NCBI GenBank assembly: GCA_030654555.1
Contig: JAURXG010000271.1
Location: 1-32,193, forward strand
Direction of reading: 5' to 3'
From: Aquabacterium sp.
GTDB taxonomy: Bacteria; Pseudomonadota; Gammaproteobacteria; Burkholderiales; Burkholderiaceae_C
Length of the DNA stretch: 32,193 nucleotides
Every line of letters begins with the position of its first letter. Positions within the stretch are counted from its first letter, which is position 1. A program made the position numbers and the translations under genes. Shown one piece after another: positions 26,377 through 32,193 of this stretch. Under the pieces are notes generated by a model. The model was given only the letters and a program-made list of their open reading frames with translations, was not told the DNA's origin and did not search any database.

Positions 26377-26697
26377 ATGCCCAAGGTCATCTTCATCGCC
26401 CACAACGGAACCCGCCACGAGGTGCAAGCCCCTGTCGGGCTGTCGCTGATGCGCGCGGCCATCGACAACAACGTGCCCGGCATCGACGGCGACTGCGGCG
26501 GCCAATGCGCCTGCGCCACCTGCCATGTGTTCATCGAGGCACCCTGGGCCGCGCTGACCGGCCCGCGCACCGAGCGCGAAGACGAGATGCTCAACTTTGC
26601 CGCCGAGTTGCGCGACAGTTCACGCCTGGCCTGCCAAGTCGAGCTGACCGAGGCGCTCGACGGCATCGTCGTCGGCATGCCCGAAGGCCAGCACTGA
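26377..26697 (+). CDS. 2Fe-2S ferredoxin (putidaredoxin/adrenodoxin type)
   Basis: CGGQCACATCHV...SRLACQ; 106 aa; directly upstream of the P450. Confidence 0.93.
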   Translation: MPKVIFIAHNGTRHEVQAPVGLSLMRAAIDNNVPGIDGDCGGQCACATCHVFIEAPWAALTGPRTEREDEMLNFAAELRDSSRLACQVELTEALDGIVVGMPEGQH

Positions 26698-26723
26698 TCT
26701 CCCAACCCCACCAGGAGGCCGCC

Positions 26724-28013
26724 ATGACCGCGAACTCGACCGCCGAATCCCAAGCCACCGCCGCCGCCGCCACCCAGGCCGCCAGGGACCGCATCAACGC
26801 CCTGCCGCTGGACGGGTTGAATCCGGCCGACATTGCCTACTTCGTCGACGACACGGCGCCGCTGGTGTTCGAGCGCCTGCGCCGCGAGGACCCGGTGCAC
26901 CGCTCGTACAGCCCGGTCGAGGGCATGGGGCACTACTGGTCGATCACGCGGTACCAGGACATCATGGCGGTGGACACCAACCACGCGGTGTTTTCGTCGG
27001 AGTGGTCCAAGGGCGGCATCACCTTGTACAACCCGCCCGAGAGCGATCGCCTGCCGATGTTCATCGCGATGGACCCGCCCAAGCACGACGAGCAGCGCAA
27101 GGCCGTGTCCAACATCGTCGCGCCGGCCAACCTGAACAACTGGCAGGGCCTGATCCGCACCCGCACCGCCAACCTGCTGGACAGCCTGCCGCGCAACGAG
27201 ACCTTCGACTGGGTCGACAAGGTGTCGATCGAGCTGACCACCTGCATGCTGGCCACGCTGTTCGACTTTCCGTTCGAAGACCGCCGGCTGCTGACCTGGT
27301 GGTCGGACGTGGCAACGATGAACAAGCTCATCAACCCCGAGGCGCTGGGCCCCGAAGAGCGCATGGCCGAGCTGGGCAAGATGCTGGGCTACTTCACCAA
27401 GCTGTGGAACGAGCGTGTCAACGCGCCGCCGCGCACCGACCTGGTGTCGATGCTGGCGCACGGCGCGGCCACCCGCAACATGGGGCCGATGGAGTTCATG
27501 GGCAACCTGGTGCTGCTGATCGTGGGCGGCAACGACACCACCCGCAACAGCATGACCGGCGGCCTGCTGGCCCTGCACGACAACCCCGACCAATGGGCCA
27601 AGCTGCGCGCCAACCCCGCGCTGGTCGACAGCCTGGTGCCCGAGATCATCCGCTGGCAGACCCCCCTGGCCTACATGCGGCGCACCGCCAGCCAGGATGT
27701 CGAGTTGGGCGGCAAGACGATCCGCGCCGGCGACAAGGTGGCGATGTGGTACCTGTCGGGCAACCGCGACGACAGCGCGATCGAGCAGCCCGACCGCTTC
27801 ATCATCGACCGCGCCCGGCCGCGCCAGCACCTGTCGTTCGGCTTCGGCATCCACCGCTGCGTGGGCAACCGGCTGGCCGAACTGCAGCTGAAGATCCTCT
27901 GGGAAGAGATCCTCAAGCGCTTCCCGGTGATCGAGGTGATGGGCCCGCCGACGCGGGTGAAATCGGCCTTCGTGCGCGGCTTCACCAGCCTGCCGGTGCG
28001 CATCCCCGGCTGA
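26724..28013 (+). CDS. Cytochrome P450, CYP153 family (alkane/alicyclic terminal hydroxylase type)
   Basis: MFIAMDPPKHD.QR, LLIVGGNDTTRNS, EIIRWQTPLAYMRR, HLSFGFGIHRCVGNRLAE: the CYP153 signature blocks; AGGAGG SD. Confidence 0.93.
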   Translation: MTANSTAESQATAAAATQAARDRINALPLDGLNPADIAYFVDDTAPLVFERLRREDPVHRSYSPVEGMGHYWSITRYQDIMAVDTNHAVFSSEWSKGGITLYNPPESDRLPMFIAMDPPKHDEQRKAVSNIVAPANLNNWQGLIRTRTANLLDSLPRNETFDWVDKVSIELTTCMLATLFDFPFEDRRLLTWWSDVATMNKLINPEALGPEERMAELGKMLGYFTKLWNERVNAPPRTDLVSMLAHGAATRNMGPMEFMGNLVLLIVGGNDTTRNSMTGGLLALHDNPDQWAKLRANPALVDSLVPEIIRWQTPLAYMRRTASQDVELGGKTIRAGDKVAMWYLSGNRDDSAIEQPDRFIIDRARPRQHLSFGFGIHRCVGNRLAELQLKILWEEILKRFPVIEVMGPPTRVKSAFVRGFTSLPVRIPG

Positions 28014-28048
28014 ACCCAGGCCGCCCGGACGCGGGCGGGCTGCAGTGG

Positions 28049-28975
28049 TCAGCGCAGCGTCTTGCCCTTCAGCACCGTCTGATTGACGTTGACGGCTTCG
28101 GCCCGCGTGCCGGGCTCGTCGAAGGTCACGCGTTGATTGACGCGGTGGTGCGGCCAGTAGTCGGCCACGGCGTAGTGCTGGGTGCTGCGGTTGTCCCACA
28201 CCGCGATGCCGCCGGCCTCCCACTGGTGGTGCACCATGAACTCGGGCTTCTTCAGCCACTCGAGCAGGAAGTTCAGCATGCCGCGCGCCTCGTGGCGGTC
28301 GACACCCTGGATGTTGCGGGTGAAGTCGGCGTTGACGAACAGGCACTTGCGCCCTGAATCAGGGTTCTTGCGCACCACCGGGTGCACCACCGGCTTGAAG
28401 GCCTTGATGGCGGCGATCAGCGCGTCGTCACCGCGCTGGCCCAGTGCCTCGCGAAAGCCCGAGACCTCCCAGCTGTGCACCGCGTTCAGGCTCTCCAGGT
28501 ACTTCTGCATGCCCGGCGACAGCCAGTCGTAGGCCTTGCTGGTGCTGCTCCAGCAGGTGTTGCCGCCGGCCGGCGGGGTCACGGTGATCTGGATCGCGGT
28601 GCCCAGCGGCGGGTGGGGCTTCCAGCTGATGTCGGTGTGCCAGTTGTCGATGGACGGCGGGTGCTCGCGGTCGCTGACGATCATCTCCAGCTCGGGGGCA
28701 CCGGGCTTGCGCTCGAAGTACGAGCCAGCCGAAGGCGGCCCGAACACCCGGGCCAGCGCCACATGCTGCGCCGGCGTGATGGTCTGCGGCCGGAAGAAGA
28801 TCACCTCGAAGTCGAACAGCGCCTGGCGCAGTTCGGCCTGCACCGCGTCGCTCAACGGTCGGGTCAGGTCGACGCCCTCGATCCAGGCCGCGAAGTTGGG
28901 CATGCGCGGCACCGGCCGGATGTGCTTGTAGCGGCGCGCGATGTTGATCAGCTTGAGCGGCTGGGTGTTGGCCAT
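28049..28975 (-). CDS. TauD/TfdA family Fe(II)/2-oxoglutarate dioxygenase
   Basis: GVDL, VIFFR.Q, DNWHTD (HxD), GGNT.W, HPVVR, WDNRSTQHYA, R...R. Confidence 0.92.
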   Translation of the reverse strand: MANTQPLKLINIARRYKHIRPVPRMPNFAAWIEGVDLTRPLSDAVQAELRQALFDFEVIFFRPQTITPAQHVALARVFGPPSAGSYFERKPGAPELEMIVSDREHPPSIDNWHTDISWKPHPPLGTAIQITVTPPAGGNTCWSSTSKAYDWLSPGMQKYLESLNAVHSWEVSGFREALGQRGDDALIAAIKAFKPVVHPVVRKNPDSGRKCLFVNADFTRNIQGVDRHEARGMLNFLLEWLKKPEFMVHHQWEAGGIAVWDNRSTQHYAVADYWPHHRVNQRVTFDEPGTRAEAVNVNQTVLKGKTLR

Positions 28976-29009
28976 GGACGGGGTTCTCTCTCTCGTGGAA
29001 AGGGCGGCT

Positions 29010-30275
29010 TCAGCGGCCCACCAGGGTCATCGCGATCCAGGGCTGCCAGGCGATGATGGCCAGGCAGCCGAGCATCAGCACGATGAAGGGCACGGCGGCA
29101 ATCACCAGCTCGCCGAACTTGCGCTTGAAGGTCGACATGGCCACCAGCAGGTTCAACCCCACCGGCGGGGTGAGGAAGCCGATCTCGAGGTTGACGATCA
29201 TGATGATGCCGAACAGCACCTTGTCGTAGCCGTAGGCCACGGCCAGCGGCGCCAGCAGCGGGCCGAGGATCAGGATGGCCTCGCCGCTGGTCATCAGGCA
29301 GCCCACGATCAGCAGCAGGATGTTGACCACCAGCATGAAGGCCAGCGGGCTGGTGGTGAAACCCTTCATCATCTCGACCATCATGCCGGGCACCTGGTGC
29401 TCGGTGAGCACCAGGTTCAGGCTCAGCGCCACCGCCAGCAGCGGGAACAGCGTGCCCCCCAGCTTGGACGCATCGAGCACCACATCGTAGAAGTCCTTGA
29501 GCTTGAACTCGCGGTGGATGAAGGTCTCGACCACCAGCGCATAGACCAGAGACACCGCGGCCGCCTCGATCGCCGAGAAGTAGCCGGTGTAGATGCCGCC
29601 CAGCAGGATCACCGGCATCAGCAGCGCCCAGATGCCTTCGCGCAGCGCGGTGCCCACACGCGCCAGGTCGAAGGCCTTGCGCGGCAGCGCGCGGTTCACC
29701 CACATCGCGTACAGCGCAAACGCCAGCAGCAGCAGCAGGCCCGGCCCGACGCCGGCGATGAACAGCTCGGTGATCGAGGTCTCGGTGACCAGGCCATAGA
29801 GGATCAGCGGGATCGACGGCGGGATGATGATGCCCAGCGTGCCGCCGGCCATCACCACGCCCAGCGAGAAGCGGCTGCTGTAGCCGCTGTTGATCATGGC
29901 CGGCAGCATCACCGTGCCGATGGCCAGCATGGTGACGATGGACGAGCCCGAGATCGCCGCGAACACGCCGCAGCTGAGCACGCAGGCCACCGCCAGGCCG
30001 CCGGGCAGGTGCTCGGTCAACGAAGCCGCGATGCCGATCAGGCGCCGGGCCGTCGAGCCCTTGGTCATCACGCCGCCGCAGAGGATGAACATCGGGATCG
30101 ACAGGATCAGCTCCTTGTCGAGCGAGATCCACATGTCCTCCAGGATGTAGTCGAGCTGGCCCTTGCCCCAGACGATGTGCACCACCGCCGCGGCGGCCAG
30201 CAGGATGACGAGCAGCGGCTGGCGCAGCGCCAGCAGCACCGCCAGCATCGCCAGCAAGATGAGCGCGCCGGTCAT
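29010..30275 (-). CDS. TRAP transporter large permease (DctM)
   Basis: SIPMFILCG, AISGSS, GGTLGIIIPPSIP, NLEIGFLTPPVGLNL. Confidence 0.93.
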   Translation of the reverse strand: MTGALILLAMLAVLLALRQPLLVILLAAAAVVHIVWGKGQLDYILEDMWISLDKELILSIPMFILCGGVMTKGSTARRLIGIAASLTEHLPGGLAVACVLSCGVFAAISGSSIVTMLAIGTVMLPAMINSGYSSRFSLGVVMAGGTLGIIIPPSIPLILYGLVTETSITELFIAGVGPGLLLLLAFALYAMWVNRALPRKAFDLARVGTALREGIWALLMPVILLGGIYTGYFSAIEAAAVSLVYALVVETFIHREFKLKDFYDVVLDASKLGGTLFPLLAVALSLNLVLTEHQVPGMMVEMMKGFTTSPLAFMLVVNILLLIVGCLMTSGEAILILGPLLAPLAVAYGYDKVLFGIIMIVNLEIGFLTPPVGLNLLVAMSTFKRKFGELVIAAVPFIVLMLGCLAIIAWQPWIAMTLVGR

Positions 30276-30352
30276 GATCTGGCCCCCTTGGCGCTGCGCG
30301 CCGGCCCCCCAAGGGGGCGCGAGCGGCTTCGGAGCGGCCGTGCGCCGCTCAT
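30272..30352 (-). repeat. ATGA-bounded palindromic (REP/MITE-like) element containing a 26-aa mini-ORF
   Basis: ATGA at both ends (30349-30352 and 30272-30275); inverted repeats GCCCCCTTGG/CCAAGGGGGC and GAGCGGC/GCCGCTC; reads MSGARPLRSRSRPLGGPARSAKGARS*. Single copy in this window, so mobility is inferred. Confidence 0.6.
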
Positions 30353-30933
30353 TCCTGGAACTCCGGCGGCACCGGCCGCAACGCGGGCCAGGCGGCAAAG
30401 GCGAAGTAGCGCAGCGCCGCCGAGGCGAAGCCCAGCGGGATCGCCATCTGAATCGGCCAGGCCGAGAGGTTGATCACCGACGCCAGCACGCCCGATTGCC
30501 TGGACGCCAGCACGAAGACCACGCCATACCAGGTGACCCCCAGCAGGAACAGGCCGGTGAACACATCGGCCAGGCGGTCGACCTGCGGCGACCACGCGGC
30601 CGGCAACCACTTGAAGCCGATGCGCGGCACCAGGTGCACGCCGGTGGCGGTGGCGATGCCGATGCCGGCGAACGAGCCGATGACCAGCGCAAACACCGCC
30701 AGCTTCTGCGAGCCGAACAGGCCGGTGGCCCCCACCTGGACGCCCAGCATCGTCATCAACGGGCCGTAGGCCTCGCGGCCCAGCACGTCGATCACCAGCA
30801 CCGCGGCGATGAAGGTGAAGGCCAGCACGGCGATCCAGCATTCGACGCGGTGCCAGCCGGCGAGCAGGCTGACCAACGCGGGCGGCGCGGGGGGATGGGC
30901 GGGCGCCGGGCCCGCCGTGGTGCTTGAGGTCAT
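30349..30933 (-). CDS. TRAP transporter small permease (DctQ)
   Basis: About 4 TM helices; DVLGRE, GVHL, W..QMAIPLGF; lies between dctP and dctM. Confidence 0.88.
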   Translation of the reverse strand: MTSSTTAGPAPAHPPAPPALVSLLAGWHRVECWIAVLAFTFIAAVLVIDVLGREAYGPLMTMLGVQVGATGLFGSQKLAVFALVIGSFAGIGIATATGVHLVPRIGFKWLPAAWSPQVDRLADVFTGLFLLGVTWYGVVFVLASRQSGVLASVINLSAWPIQMAIPLGFASAALRYFAFAAWPALRPVPPEFQE

Positions 30934-31008
30934 GGTGTCATCCTGGCGTGCCCGAAGACCGGGCCACTCGCTGCTGCAGGTCTGGCGCTGGCCGCTGGCC
31001 GGGCCTGC

Positions 31009-32016
31009 CTACTTGGCACCTTCGCAGGCCTTCTTGCCGGTCTCCATCAGGGCCAGGAACCGCTCGCCATCGGCGCCCACGTCCTTGGCGATGGCGGTCC
31101 ACACCGGCGCCAGGCCCTTGCTCCATTCGGCGCGCTGTTCGGCGGTGGTCTCGACCACGGTGCCACCGGCCTGCTTGTGCACGTTGGTCAGCGCGGTGTC
31201 CACGCCGCGGATCTCGGCACGCAGCGTGCCGACCGGCACCTTGCGCACGCCCGCGTCGAACGCGGCCTTCACGTCGGCGGGCAGCTTGTCGTGGGCGCCC
31301 TTGTTCATCAGCGTGATGCCCGAGGCTTCCCAGATCGGCAGCTTGGTGACCACCGGCAGCACCTTGTTCAGGCCCGACGGCACGTAGAAGGCGAAAGGCG
31401 TCGGGTAGGTGTCGATCAGCCCGGTCTGCGACGACGACGTGGCCTCGGCCACGGTCGTGGGGATAGGGTTGGCGCCCATGGCGCGCCAGAAGTCGGCCGT
31501 CATCTTGTTGGCCACCACGCCGACCTTGATGCCCTTGACGTCGGCCGGCGTGGCGTAGGCCTTCTTGCCCGGCAGGTGCACCGAGCCCACCTCGCCCCAG
31601 TTCAGGAACACCAGGTTCTTCTTGGCCAGCGCCTCGGTGGCGTACTTCTGCAGGTGGTTGTCGAGCACGCAGTCACGCTGCGGCTGGCTCGAGAAGAAGA
31701 AGGGCAGCTGGATCAGCGCCAGCTCGGGCACCTGCAGCGCCACCGAGTTGGTGGTGAACGAGCCCATGTCGATGCGCCCGCGCGAGATCTGCGCGATGGC
31801 ATCGTTCTCGCTGCCCAGCTGCGAGGCGTAGAACGGCGTGATCTTGACGGCGCCCTGGGTGGCGGCCGCCACATCGGCCACGGTGCGTTCGATCTGCTTG
31901 GCCCAGGGCGAGGTGGGCGGCGCCGACGAGGCGAACTTGAGCTCGGTCTGGGCATCGGCCAGGCCGCTGGTGCACAGCAGCGACACGGCGGCCAGCTGGA
32001 TGAGGGTGCGCTTCAT
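31009..32016 (-). CDS. TRAP transporter substrate-binding protein (DctP)
   Basis: Signal peptide (ADA-QT), LKFASSAP..SPW, SQLGSE, LPFFF, DVKGIKV, MGANP.P; AGGAG upstream. Confidence 0.9.
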   Translation of the reverse strand: MKRTLIQLAAVSLLCTSGLADAQTELKFASSAPPTSPWAKQIERTVADVAAATQGAVKITPFYASQLGSENDAIAQISRGRIDMGSFTTNSVALQVPELALIQLPFFFSSQPQRDCVLDNHLQKYATEALAKKNLVFLNWGEVGSVHLPGKKAYATPADVKGIKVGVVANKMTADFWRAMGANPIPTTVAEATSSSQTGLIDTYPTPFAFYVPSGLNKVLPVVTKLPIWEASGITLMNKGAHDKLPADVKAAFDAGVRKVPVGTLRAEIRGVDTALTNVHKQAGGTVVETTAEQRAEWSKGLAPVWTAIAKDVGADGERFLALMETGKKACEGAK

Positions 32017-32128
32017 GGGGAGGTCTCCTACGAGGGGTCTTGAAGGTGTTGCAGAGGCAGGGACGCCGACCATCGGGGTGATGCCGAAGCCGGGTCGACG
32101 GGAGAAGTGCATGGGGATCGGCGACCCA

Positions 32129-32193
32129 TCAGCGTTGCGCCGGCGTGGGCGCGGGCCGCGGCCCGACCACCGGGAACATGCGGTTGAACTGGT
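32129..32193 (-). CDS. Probable 3' end of an upstream gene (partial, unidentified)
   Basis: Minus frame reads ...QFNRMFPVVGPRPAPTPAQR* with host-like codons to the window edge; too short to assign. Confidence 0.45.
   Translation of the reverse strand, partial: QFNRMFPVVGPRPAPTPAQR

Noticed and set aside
22857-32193. Intact genomic island or prophage at tRNA-Ser
   Set aside because: No integrase, no duplicated tRNA 3' end spotted, and no obvious GC or codon shift within the window.

Overview
High-GC betaproteobacterial chromosomal segment (Burkholderiales-like, judged from gene content and order). Left part is mostly housekeeping: 5' end of btuB under a cobalamin riboswitch, zapB-zapA-6S RNA-EVE-tauE, a PAS plus degenerate GGDEF gene, ybiB, an HI0933 flavoprotein, rpsU-yqeY and a DUF442 gene. 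The middle holds a minus-strand run of vanA-GntR-vanB, a single-barrel MetE-like enzyme and a TRAP transporter, then an S9 peptidase, a PcaC-PcaD fusion, sapC, hlyC/corC, apaH, a CPA2 antiporter and tRNA-Ser(TGA). The right part has an anion permease and a Zn-ADH/SDR/ferredoxin/CYP153 operon converging on a TRAP-TauD operon. No integrase, transposase or CRISPR array was seen. Most notable observations: (1) an 81-bp palindromic mini-ORF element bounded by ATGA on both sides in the dctQ/dctM junction, which looks like an insertion that preserves translational coupling; (2) a tandem, synonymously diverged copy of the rpsU 3' end able to form alternative hairpins; (3) a catalytically degenerate GGDEF domain with an intact RxxD I-site; (4) a reductase-less CYP153 module facing a TauD with altered substrate residues. 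All calls were made by eye, without database searches.
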